A stretch of DNA of 64,000 nucleotides. Origin: a virus. The stretch is taken from IMG/VR virus record IMGVR_UViG_3300009175_000013, positions 1 to 64,000 of that record. One strand, given 5' to 3'. Below the pieces are notes generated by a model. The model ran no database searches. It was not told the DNA's origin and saw nothing but the letters and a program-made list of their open reading frames with translations. Within the stretch, counting starts at the first letter, position 1, and every line of letters begins with the position of its first letter. Positions 1 through 8,560 of the stretch are shown here, piece after piece. The translations under genes and the position numbers were made by a program.

Positions 1-223
1 GTGATGGGGTCTTCTTGCCCCACCGCCTTTTCTCCGCACTCCTCCTACTCATCTCCATATTCACCGACCGCATAGTCTCTTCGTCGGCGGAGAAAGACAA
101 CTGCCGCAAGGCTCTCCTAAGTCTGTCATGAAATGCCAGGCTTCTGGGAAGACGACCAAATGCAACAATAACCCGATCGATGTCCCCAGGCGATAACGAC
201 TCGTGAAGGTCCCTAATCTTCAT
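1..223 (-). CDS. Partial hypothetical protein (runs off left edge), N-terminus MKIRDLHES
   Basis: Manual translation from ATG at 223 is open to position 1; divergent from the 288 ORF. Confidence 0.5.
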   Translation of the reverse strand, partial: MKIRDLHESLSPGDIDRVIVAFGRLPRSLAFHDRLRRALRQLSFSADEETMRSVNMEMSRRSAEKRRWGKKTPS

Positions 224-287
224 ACCCTATATTTTCTCGCCCGCGTATTTATAAATCAAAGCCGCACTATTTAATCAAAAATAAAAT

Positions 288-1025
288 ATGAGAACAAATC
301 AAATTATAAATTGCAGTGATTGCGGATGCCAAATTGTCACCAAGTCTTCCACCCATGCCAGATGCGGCCAGTGCTCAGAGTCTCGAGCGAAAAAACAGCG
401 AAACAATGCCGCCAAAGCGAGATATGCGAGGATTAAAAGCGGTGGCCCACGATATTTAGTGGGCACAAATCAGCAATGCGAATGCGGCGAGAAATTCACA
501 AAGACTTCTCCAACCACCAAGCGATGCCCAAAGTGCCAGACCGCAACACAATTAACTGCGCACACGCAAACAGAAGAGAAAAGGGCCGCGTGGCGTGCTG
601 AGGACTCAGCCACGAAGTATGCCAGCCTAACCACAATCTGCCAGATATGCAATGTGACAGTGCGGCTTGGGAGATACCAAGATTGTAGGAAGTACTGCCG
701 AAAATGCTCTGCTGTAGTTCGGAAATTGAGAAGCTCAATCGCCAGAATTGTGCGATATGAAGCAGTCGATCTCTCCCTCCAGCCACTAATTAATATGTAT
801 ATGTGCCAAAAAGGCAAGTGTGCAATATCCGGCCTCGACATGCATCCCACTGGCCTGTGCGGCATTAGCATAGATAGGATAAGCTCAAACAGACCACACT
901 CATTAGATAACATTCACTTAACATGCGCGTGGGCTAATTGGGGACGAAATAAATATAGCATCGACGAATTTAAGAAGGTGCTGGGAGAAGCGCTCAAAAA
1001 GAACCCCAATTGGTTACCACAATAA
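288..1025 (+). CDS. Zn-finger-rich His-Me finger (HNH-like) endonuclease
   Basis: Multiple CxxC pairs; C-terminal CAISG...SIDRI...NIHLTCAWAN motif, similar to both domains of 13750..14520. Confidence 0.7.
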   Translation: MRTNQIINCSDCGCQIVTKSSTHARCGQCSESRAKKQRNNAAKARYARIKSGGPRYLVGTNQQCECGEKFTKTSPTTKRCPKCQTATQLTAHTQTEEKRAAWRAEDSATKYASLTTICQICNVTVRLGRYQDCRKYCRKCSAVVRKLRSSIARIVRYEAVDLSLQPLINMYMCQKGKCAISGLDMHPTGLCGISIDRISSNRPHSLDNIHLTCAWANWGRNKYSIDEFKKVLGEALKKNPNWLPQ

Positions 1026-1113
1026 TGGGGACGAGGGCGAGCGGCTATCTTGCAGCTCCCTCCGCCAGCGAGAAAGTAAAAGCTGAATTGGTTAAACTAG
1101 GTTATAAGTTTCT

Positions 1114-1731
1114 TCAGGTTCCCTGATCGACCGCATACCGCTGGATTTCCCAGTAGTTCTTGGTCCACTGCATAAATCTTTGCTTGATATCACTAGCGGC
1201 CACATCCGGCACGACCTCACGAATGGTCGCCACTGCGATGTCATCAATTTCCTTATCCTCAGCCAGATACGCGGAGAACATCTCATCGACAATCTGCGAC
1301 TGAAACGCGAGCAAATCGGACTGCTCGATCATCGGGGTGACATCCGGGCCAAAATCCGCGACGACCTCGTTGATGGCATTGTCAACCCGATTCTCAAAGG
1401 ACTCGGAGGTGCGCTGCCCAGTTTTCTCGGCCTTGGCTCTCTCTGGCCTGTTTTGCCAATAGGGGCCACGTATCCGATAGGATTTTCTATGTCGAGCGAG
1501 AGGGGCGCGTTGATGTTTCTTGAATCCGCTCTTCTGGGCGCAACGGGCTGCAACTGCGGCAACATATGGCCACTTGTCTTCAACCTTATCCCGCTTGCCT
1601 GCCCGGTATTTCTTCATTTCACGGGCATAGGCGTCACGTCCGCGCTGCCAGTATTCTTGCATCTTAGACATGGGGATTTCCCCATGTGGATTGATGCTCT
1701 TGGCCCAACTGAAAAAGGCTCTACTAGGCAT
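1114..1731 (-). CDS. Hypothetical protein
   Basis: 205-aa ORF with GGGAG RBS and a CAAATATA motif upstream. Confidence 0.65.
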   Translation of the reverse strand: MPSRAFFSWAKSINPHGEIPMSKMQEYWQRGRDAYAREMKKYRAGKRDKVEDKWPYVAAVAARCAQKSGFKKHQRAPLARHRKSYRIRGPYWQNRPERAKAEKTGQRTSESFENRVDNAINEVVADFGPDVTPMIEQSDLLAFQSQIVDEMFSAYLAEDKEIDDIAVATIREVVPDVAASDIKQRFMQWTKNYWEIQRYAVDQGT

Positions 1732-1765
1732 AGCGTCTCCCTATTCTACAATATATTTGAGTAGA

Positions 1766-2380
1766 TTAGGGGAGATCTGCTTTCCCCTCCATGGAATCAC
1801 GCAGACTGGTCAGATTCGAGGAAAAGTCAGCCGAGCGGCACCGCAACGCACTAACCTTGGTCGAGTACCGGTCATAGGCTTCCTTGTCACCCGAGGCGGC
1901 ATAGGCGACTGCCCCCAAGATATCAGAAGACTCCGAAAAGTCATTCAGGACCAGCAGTTTGGTCCCGGCCCGCTCAGCAACTGCGTCCCAGAACAGATTG
2001 CTGCCACCGTTCCGCATGCACTGCATACCGAAGACCTTAGCCTTGGCGCAGAGGTCTTGCAGTTCCTCACGCCAGTCGAGGTGCTCGGTGTTCTGCAGAT
2101 AATCAGGCTCATGCGGGTTGGCATCACCGATCAGCACAAAAGCCCCATTCTTGCCAGACCAGGACATCTGTTTGGCACGCCGGAAGACCAATTCATAACA
2201 CTCATCGGCATCGCCGCCGCTAGTGCCTGGGGCGTTCTCAATGAAGGCCAAAACCGCATCGTGGTCTGCGGTCAGGTCTAAAACCTTGGTATTATGCCGC
2301 CGTATATGATGGGCATGAAAAACGACAGCCTTATCGTCTCTGCGAAAGTCCTTGGCCCAGCCGCCATGAAGGATGGCCAA
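1766..2380 (-). pseudogene. vWA-domain protein, apparently N-terminally truncated
   Basis: GGDADECYE and VLIGDANPH vWA motifs present; first MIDAS strand (DxSxS/DxTGS) absent; 5' part overlaps an opposite-strand ORF. Confidence 0.5.
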
Positions 2381-2650
2381 ATAGTTGACGGCCTCGCCCC
2401 CTCCGTCAAGGCCTGGTTCCTAGTACAATGTGACATAATGAGTACGAGGTATGCCGGCCCAAATTCCGCACCATACACCGAGACCATCCTCTATGATGGC
2501 CAGATCTACCTAAACGTACGCGATGGGGTCTGCATGGGCGGGTTCTGCGTCCCCAGCAAGCTGAGCGCTAAGGTGCTCCGGAAGGCTGTGGCTGGTTATC
2601 TCAGTGTTCTGCAAAATGAGAACGCAGCGCCGCCAGCTCCTCCGGCGTAA
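2294..2650 (+). CDS. Hypothetical protein
   Basis: 118-aa ORF with protein-like composition. Confidence 0.45.
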   Translation: MPPYMMGMKNDSLIVSAKVLGPAAMKDGQIVDGLAPSVKAWFLVQCDIMSTRYAGPNSAPYTETILYDGQIYLNVRDGVCMGGFCVPSKLSAKVLRKAVAGYLSVLQNENAAPPAPPA

Positions 2651-2840
2651 GCTTGGACTTGGCGGCTTTGACCACTTTCTTGTGTGCCCGATACTTTTCC
2701 AGTTCCTCCCGGTACTTCTTCCGGTAGGGCTTCCAAACATTCTCAATAAAGTCCCGCATGGGCACAAACTTCGACCCGCTGCACAATGGGCAGAGGATCC
2801 GCCGTGACATGTCTTTCCATCTTTTGTCTGGTTCTCTCAT
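2601..2840 (-). CDS. Hypothetical protein
   Basis: ORF coupled to the upstream gene by ATGA overlap. Confidence 0.55.
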   Translation of the reverse strand: MREPDKRWKDMSRRILCPLCSGSKFVPMRDFIENVWKPYRKKYREELEKYRAHKKVVKAAKSKLTPEELAALRSHFAEH

Positions 2841-3256
2841 TTCTCATCCTCAATCTTTTTGGCGACGTCTCTAATTCGTGTGGATATTTCTAGCCTATCT
2901 TGTGCCGAGACAGGGTACTCATGCCCCAGGTTGGCCATAATAAGGGCCACACCCAGGACGCGTTCTGGTTCGAGGCCATGAGCTATGTTAATCTCCCCCA
3001 ATAATTTCTCCGATTGCTCACAGAGGTAATAAGCATGCTCGTCGTCAATCACGAAGAGCTCGCACCAACTGGTGCGGACTAGAAACATGGGCTTACAATT
3101 AGGTGATTCATAGTTCTCAGTTATTAGCCCATCTGAGTCCACCCCCACCAACACTCCAGACGAGAAGACGCGTTTACGCTGTGACCGCAAAGCGTCTCTG
3201 CGCTTCTTCATGTACTCTGCCACGGTAGGGACTACGTTGATGTCTTCTTCGCTCAT
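2837..3256 (-). CDS. Hypothetical protein
   Basis: Likely start MSEEDINV at 3256, just after the terminator hairpin. Confidence 0.55.
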   Translation of the reverse strand: MSEEDINVVPTVAEYMKKRRDALRSQRKRVFSSGVLVGVDSDGLITENYESPNCKPMFLVRTSWCELFVIDDEHAYYLCEQSEKLLGEINIAHGLEPERVLGVALIMANLGHEYPVSAQDRLEISTRIRDVAKKIEDEK

Positions 3257-3272
3257 ATGCTTTGAATACAGA

Positions 3273-3300
3273 AACGGCGGAGTTAGCACACTCCGCCGTT
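3273..3300 (-). terminator. Hairpin, probable terminator of the ncRNA transcript
   Basis: 11-bp inverted repeat AACGGCGGAGT/ACTCCGCCGTT followed by a T-rich tract on the minus strand. Confidence 0.6.
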
Positions 3301-3766
3301 CCGTTGTTATATCGTTTACAAGACGATTAACGTGCTATTTCGACCTGCCAGTGAATCCGTTTAATCCAAGGCCTCAGTCTGAATGCCACCTGCTTTTCCT
3401 CTTAGCTACCCCGACGGAAGGTTAAACGGTAAGCGTCGGGGACTGGATTCGAACCAGTGATCGGTGGTGGAGGGTGCCTTGGAACTCGACCTGGCAACCA
3501 GCACTATTGTCTGAGTCTGGAGCGATAATCTGAGTCTGAATGCTCTCAACGGGTATTAGCCGCCGCGTCTGCCAGTTCCGCCACCCCGCTATTAGACCCA
3601 CCCGCAGTTTAGGCATGCAAACCGGAACTTCCGGGATCCAAGATCCACTATCTGCACAAAGGGTGGGTCTAATAGCGGGGGCAGGAATCGAACCTGCACG
3701 AGAGCGAAGTTGAGTCTGAATCTTCTGCTCAGCTTACGCTCAAAACTCTACTTGGGCGATCAGTCT
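3300..3766 (-). ncRNA. Structured RNA with two circularly permuted tRNA-like modules (YrlA/Y-RNA-like)
   Basis: T-arms at 3681-3697 and 3442-3458 (GGTTCGAWTCC); closed acceptor-like stems 3661-3680/3584-3603 and 3434-3441/3409-3416; D-arms at 3565-3583 and 3392-3408 lie 3' of the T-arms. Confidence 0.75.
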
Positions 3767-4504
3767 CTAATTGCCCAAGATAAAGTCAAAAATCTCCTTT
3801 CCGACCGACACGTCAGAGACGGCGATCTGATTAGCAACTTGCTGTGCCGACTTGACCGCCTCCAAAAGCTTCGTCACCTTCTCCAGGAGCTTCTGCCTCT
3901 CAGAGGCGGGAACCGCACCAGACATGTGCGTCGTCGACCAATTGCCGACGAATACATCCTTGGTGATAGTTTTGACCTGCGCCGGGTGCTTGTCCGTGGC
4001 TTCCGACATCACCAGCGGGACTTCCGTCTTGACCGTCTTGTTCTGCGTCACCGGGTCGGTAACATAGAACCCGCGATTCGAGTCAAACTTCCAATCGAAC
4101 GTCGGATCCAAGACCGGCATCTTGTCGATGAAAGTCTTGACGTCAGTAAGCTGCTTGTCCAAGAACAACAAGTGCGTCACCGGGACTTTCGCCAGGATCG
4201 TCTTCCCATCCACCACAACGTCCGCCTTCGCCTCGCAGTTGGCAGTGTCCTGAGTGGCCACCACATCGAGCAGCGAAGTCCAGACCTTGGCCGCTTCCTT
4301 CAGCCCATCCGTGGCGACTTGCTGCACCCGCTTATTCTCAGCGGGAAGCTTCTCGCCGTTCTCCAGGTCCGAGGGGGTGTAGGACCGCGACAGACCCGTG
4401 CACAGGGCTTCCTTGGTCACCCGGTGATGGATCTCCGTGATCCTGGCCTGGGTTTCGGACTTCCGACCATTGACGATGGCGATGATTTGGCACAACCTGG
4501 CCAT
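3767..4504 (-). CDS. Conserved uncharacterised protein directly upstream of the ncRNA
   Basis: 245 aa, AAGGAG RBS; MARLCQIIAI...GLSRSYTP...GEKLP...VPVTHLLFLDKQL resembles, from memory, a widespread uncharacterised bacterial/phage family. Confidence 0.8.
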   Translation of the reverse strand: MARLCQIIAIVNGRKSETQARITEIHHRVTKEALCTGLSRSYTPSDLENGEKLPAENKRVQQVATDGLKEAAKVWTSLLDVVATQDTANCEAKADVVVDGKTILAKVPVTHLLFLDKQLTDVKTFIDKMPVLDPTFDWKFDSNRGFYVTDPVTQNKTVKTEVPLVMSEATDKHPAQVKTITKDVFVGNWSTTHMSGAVPASERQKLLEKVTKLLEAVKSAQQVANQIAVSDVSVGKEIFDFILGN

Positions 4505-4582
4505 GTTTTCTCCTTAAATTGAGACTATTGTTGGTTTCTTTCGCCGATACCTAGTGCGACCGACGGCTGCGGGCAGCAAATC

Positions 4583-4948
4583 CTACTTAACAGACTCATC
4601 CTGATCGTCGGCGTCAGCCTCGCCGCAGATTGTCTTCAAATACGCTTGAATCGCGTCCACCCCAAGATCATTGTCCATCGGCTTAAACTCGCCCACCGTA
4701 GTCAACCCATAAATATCAGCCAGCAAAAATGGCCTAGTAGAAGCCCCAGAAAATATCGACCCACAAAACATCTCCGCACCCAACACCGTCCGCGCCACCT
4801 CCCCATTATAAATAGCCAGCCGGCCATTGGGTGGCTGAATAATAAACCATGCACTGGGATTATTAGGATCGTCACAAGGGCGGATCATCCCATGGTCGTC
4901 AAGACTGACAATGCCCATAATAGATAAATTAGCCTTGACTTTAGGCAT
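4583..4948 (-). CDS. Hypothetical protein
   Basis: ORF coupled to the upstream gene by TAATG overlap. Confidence 0.6.
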   Translation of the reverse strand: MPKVKANLSIMGIVSLDDHGMIRPCDDPNNPSAWFIIQPPNGRLAIYNGEVARTVLGAEMFCGSIFSGASTRPFLLADIYGLTTVGEFKPMDNDLGVDAIQAYLKTICGEADADDQDESVK

Positions 4949-5469
4949 TAACGACTCAAATCCTTCTGCAAATCATAATCGATATCGTGGAGCAGCGACT
5001 GTGCAATCAATGCAGTCAAATACTCCTCACGATTAAACTCCCCATGAGTCTGACCCCACTTATCAATAGCCTGGCTAATTATAATCCGGTCCACCGCCGA
5101 TAATTTCGTTTGGCAATCCGGATCAATCCAATAACGATTGCTATCTGTAGCGACAGTTGCCCCAGAGCCGTTCCAATAGATCAATGCCACGATTACAGCG
5201 GCTACCCCATGATTAGGTTTCGTAGCATCAACAGGAAACGCCAACTGTCCCCGATAATCCAGCGCCGCCACCCTCACCACATGGGCGCTGATGATGTTTT
5301 TGACACTCCCCAGATACGGCTTAGGCGTTCTCTTGAAGGCCGCCGGTTCACACCAAAAAGTGGCTTGCATGATGTCTTGAGCCTTTTCTATAGACCAGGT
5401 GCACTTGAGCTTCCTATGCTCACGAGTGCAACAGGTGGCTGACAAATTGACATTGATCTCGCAGCTCAT
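4948..5469 (-). CDS. Small protein carrying major-capsid-protein-derived segments
   Basis: RKLKCTWSIEKAQDI matches MCP RKLKTAWSLEAAQDL; C-terminal EEYLTALIAQSLLHDIDYDLQKDL matches MCP ESTLTDLMADEMVAEIDREIINDL. Confidence 0.7.
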   Translation of the reverse strand: MSCEINVNLSATCCTREHRKLKCTWSIEKAQDIMQATFWCEPAAFKRTPKPYLGSVKNIISAHVVRVAALDYRGQLAFPVDATKPNHGVAAVIVALIYWNGSGATVATDSNRYWIDPDCQTKLSAVDRIIISQAIDKWGQTHGEFNREEYLTALIAQSLLHDIDYDLQKDLSR

Positions 5470-5493
5470 ATTAGCCCAGCGTATCTTATAGTG

Positions 5494-6214
5494 ATGAACA
5501 TCTTAGACATAATCCGTGGCCAACACAAACCACCGGAGGATGCCATCGAAACTGACTACTCACCGGCACTTCTAAAATACTTTCTTATCACCTGCGAATC
5601 GCATGAATATGGTGGCCCCACAGAGAAAATGTCCGCCAAGAGCCTCGCCTGCCTAACCAAAGCATTCTGCTCCTCAGACCAACTCCCAGGAGAAGAACAA
5701 TCCGGATATGAACGGCACGACACCTTCGGCGTAGTCAGCACCCAAATCGGGAAACACAAGCATGTCACGGTACTCGACTGCGATAGTACCGACGCAGTTC
5801 TTGCCGCCGCCCACTGGTGCTATCCTCAACATAAAATGCCAGCCAGTCGAGAGCAGCCCAGGCCACTTCTGGCTGATTACCGACCAAGTAGGAACTATCG
5901 GCGACATCATCTCAGATATGCTCCAAATCCCAGGAGTCGACAAAGAATTCACACGCATGAACAACGAGCGGAAAAGCATCCACATCCGCGTCACACCCAG
6001 ACTAAGTGGCGGCAAATCCAAAACCATCATCACACCCAAGTTCAAGGATGACTGCCAGCTGATCCATCCGCTCGCCGTCACCTGGTACAAAACCTTCAAA
6101 GCCCACTTCGAGTCCGACTCCTACAAGATGATGTATAAATCCATCCTACTCCGCCACCACATCAAACATGGGACCGTCAGTACAATCGCCTCTGACCCTT
6201 CTTTCGAGGTATAA
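5494..6214 (+). pseudogene. Frameshifted gene (5494..~5820 plus ~5820..6214), possible AEP/RepB'-primase-like domain
   Basis: Two overlapping frames join into one plausible protein with VLDCD and VESSPGHFW motifs. Confidence 0.45.
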
Positions 6215-6215
6215 A

Positions 6216-6770
6216 ATGTTAACCGATAACGACATCGCCAAACACGAAACCATCCTTCGGAAAATCGCAGAAGCACGCTACGACCCCATCGCCCACATGA
6301 CCCCCGACGTGGGCCTGGTAAAACATGAGCAAAGCTTCATCCGGACCTATAACCGAGTGCATCCCCTACACATTAAGAAAATCTGGTACCGCCCACCCTA
6401 CCAGAATTGCCGTAGCCCAGGAGCAGGAGCCATCGATTGCCTCATCGCCGACTTCAGCGATGGCTTCAATCTCATCGACGTCACCCAAATTGGCGCGGTC
6501 AATCCTAAATGGAAAATGGCTGACTTCGATAAGCTCGACCATTACAAGTATGGGGGCATCATCGTGGAACCATCTACACTCTACTACGCCCTAGGCCTAA
6601 TTGAAGACGCCAAGATCACCGACTTCTTATTTTATTATTCCGATAAGCTTCTAAAAGAGGCACGCTTCATCGAAGCTACTACTGTACGCCACTTACTCTG
6701 CGAGCGAATCGCCCAGCGCGTATGCGGTAAGATCAGCGTCCCCTCCATCCATTGGACTAAGAGCTGGTAA
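6216..6770 (+). CDS. Hypothetical protein
   Basis: ATG directly after the upstream stop. Confidence 0.6.
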   Translation: MLTDNDIAKHETILRKIAEARYDPIAHMTPDVGLVKHEQSFIRTYNRVHPLHIKKIWYRPPYQNCRSPGAGAIDCLIADFSDGFNLIDVTQIGAVNPKWKMADFDKLDHYKYGGIIVEPSTLYYALGLIEDAKITDFLFYYSDKLLKEARFIEATTVRHLLCERIAQRVCGKISVPSIHWTKSW

Positions 6771-7113
6771 CTGAATCACAGAATTTGCGCACCGCCGCCA
6801 CCGCAATCTCCCTCGCACTCCCAGGAATGACACTCCGAGGCCCCCATTCGCCCACCGTTTCGGAAATATTATTCCACCAATACCTAAAACTAGGCTTGAT
6901 GCGCGGGTCAGGATCACACACCATAAAAATTAAAATCGGCGACTCACGAGCACGATCCCCCAAATAAATGTCCGCCTTGACAATATCAATCAGGTGCTGC
7001 CCCTCCTTCAGCCTTTTATTGACCTCGTGTACCAGCCCCTTAGCTGTATGGTACGACAGATCGGCAATGTTAACCGCAAAGATTCTGCCATGAGCCTCAA
7101 TCAGCATAACCAA
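6757..7113 (-). CDS. Hypothetical protein
   Basis: ORF; C-terminus resembles that of 7135..7668. Confidence 0.55.
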   Translation of the reverse strand: MVMLIEAHGRIFAVNIADLSYHTAKGLVHEVNKRLKEGQHLIDIVKADIYLGDRARESPILIFMVCDPDPRIKPSFRYWWNNISETVGEWGPRSVIPGSAREIAVAAVRKFCDSVTSS

Positions 7114-7134
7114 CCGTGCCGCCGCACCGCGCTC

Positions 7135-7668
7135 CTAGCAACTTCTGTTCACGAAGTCACGCACCGCTCTTTGGGCCACCGCCAACGCCGCTTGCGTTAC
7201 CCGAAATTTACTACCCACATACAGCTGATTCCCATGATAGTTTGTCATCCAGAATTTCCCCCTTCCATTGTATGCCACATTAATCCGGCAATCGTATTGC
7301 GCTATCGACTGTGCCGATTGCCACCTAGCATTGATGTAAAATCGCAAAGATGTAGGGGTGGACATCGGCTGCACCCCCACCAGTTGCGCAGCCATCAAAG
7401 TCGGGTATACGCGGCGGATTGTGGGCATGACCAGCTTCTGCCACTTGACGAAAGAAGCCTGCATGAGCGAGGGGCCATAAGTCGGCTCCGGCCCCAAGAC
7501 AGGCGGCATCCCCCACTGCACCTCCAATGTAAATATTATCCGATCATTCCCAGGATCAGCATAAGCCCCCGAATGTGGAACAATCAGTCCATTTTTCTCG
7601 ACAGCCGCCAAGCCGCCACAGAAAACGCTGCGGAAAGAACGACACGCTGTGGGTTGCGATCTTGACAT
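7135..7668 (-). CDS. Small protein carrying a Gol-peptide-like major capsid segment
   Basis: LVMPTIRRVYPTLMAAQLVGVQPMSTPTSLRFY matches MCP FALPLIRKSYARLISDNLVGVQPMSQPASLIFY. Confidence 0.7.
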   Translation of the reverse strand: MSRSQPTACRSFRSVFCGGLAAVEKNGLIVPHSGAYADPGNDRIIFTLEVQWGMPPVLGPEPTYGPSLMQASFVKWQKLVMPTIRRVYPTLMAAQLVGVQPMSTPTSLRFYINARWQSAQSIAQYDCRINVAYNGRGKFWMTNYHGNQLYVGSKFRVTQAALAVAQRAVRDFVNRSC

Positions 7669-7681
7669 AGGTATATAATAC

Positions 7682-8029
7682 ATGACGTTCGACCCATACA
7701 ACCAGTGGTTCATCGGCGGAAACATGAACAATCGCATCGCCTGCGGGTGGAAAGGCTTCTACCTAGAATGGTGCGACGGGAAAACCCTCTGCGTCTATGA
7801 CGTCTTTGGGATTAAGTATAAAATGCCCCTCACCGACTTCAAACTAACCTGCATCGAAACCCGATCCATCATCTTCCCCTGGACTATCGACAAAGGCTAC
7901 CTTAAAATCACCCACCCCAATGGCTCCCTGAGCATCTGCCCCTGGGAAATCTATGAAGCCAGAGCTGGCCTCAAATCCATCCGCCTCCCCCTCGACAACT
8001 TTGAATTTATGATTACTATGCCGCTCTAG
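7682..8029 (+). CDS. Hypothetical protein
   Basis: 115-aa ORF divergent from 7668. Confidence 0.55.
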   Translation: MTFDPYNQWFIGGNMNNRIACGWKGFYLEWCDGKTLCVYDVFGIKYKMPLTDFKLTCIETRSIIFPWTIDKGYLKITHPNGSLSICPWEIYEARAGLKSIRLPLDNFEFMITMPL

Positions 8030-8540
8030 ATTCACCCAATAGCTCAATCAACTTATCCCGCAATAGTGCCGGAGAGAACAAATAGGGCCGCACCCCCAAG
8101 CATGTGAACTTCTCGTAGAGCGACAGCATTTTCGCCACCAACTCCGAACAAAACCACGCCCTGGCCGATGGCTTGGTGCACGGGAAAACAAACCGCAACA
8201 CCCCATTAATATCGTAGGGGCACCCAATCTCCGGCCCCTTATCCACAAATTCTCCCTGCCCCAACAACCAATCCAAAACCTTCTGGTATGGAAAATCATC
8301 CGGAAGCGGATGAATTTCATATAGCGACTCGTCGTAGATAATGGGAGCCCCAGATGGCCCAATATTAGTAAATACCACCCCACCCTTAAGCACAGCCGTG
8401 GCTCGCATAATTACACCATCATCCCGCTGAAACCACAGATCAACATGCCCAAGATTACTCTTCGTGACCCACCCCACCACCACTTCAAGCCAATAGCCTT
8501 CTTTACGGTCAGCATACGGGAACGCAACGTACATCTTCAT
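8016..8540 (-). CDS. Permuted papain-like amidase (YaeF/YiiX-type, permuted NlpC/P60)
   Basis: N-terminal GHV catalytic His, G.PYD, then WFCSELVA catalytic Cys; GGAGG RBS before ATG 8540. Confidence 0.75.
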   Translation of the reverse strand: MKMYVAFPYADRKEGYWLEVVVGWVTKSNLGHVDLWFQRDDGVIMRATAVLKGGVVFTNIGPSGAPIIYDESLYEIHPLPDDFPYQKVLDWLLGQGEFVDKGPEIGCPYDINGVLRFVFPCTKPSARAWFCSELVAKMLSLYEKFTCLGVRPYLFSPALLRDKLIELLGESRAA

Positions 8541-8560
8541 AGGGGCCTCCGATTGTATAT

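Noticed and set aside
1766-2380. vWA ORF as the Ro60 partner of the Y-like RNA
   Set aside because: No TROVE domain; its motifs (GGD..E, IGDA.PH) belong to a different vWA subfamily.
3433-3590. Conventional tRNA-Leu-like gene with an intron, or tmRNA
   Set aside because: Each acceptor strand pairs perfectly with a permuted partner instead; there is no anticodon arm, CCA end or tag reading frame.
3210-3616. Small ORFs 3210..3425 (+) and 3422..3616 (-)
   Set aside because: They overlap the structured RNA, have no RBS and are not protein-like.
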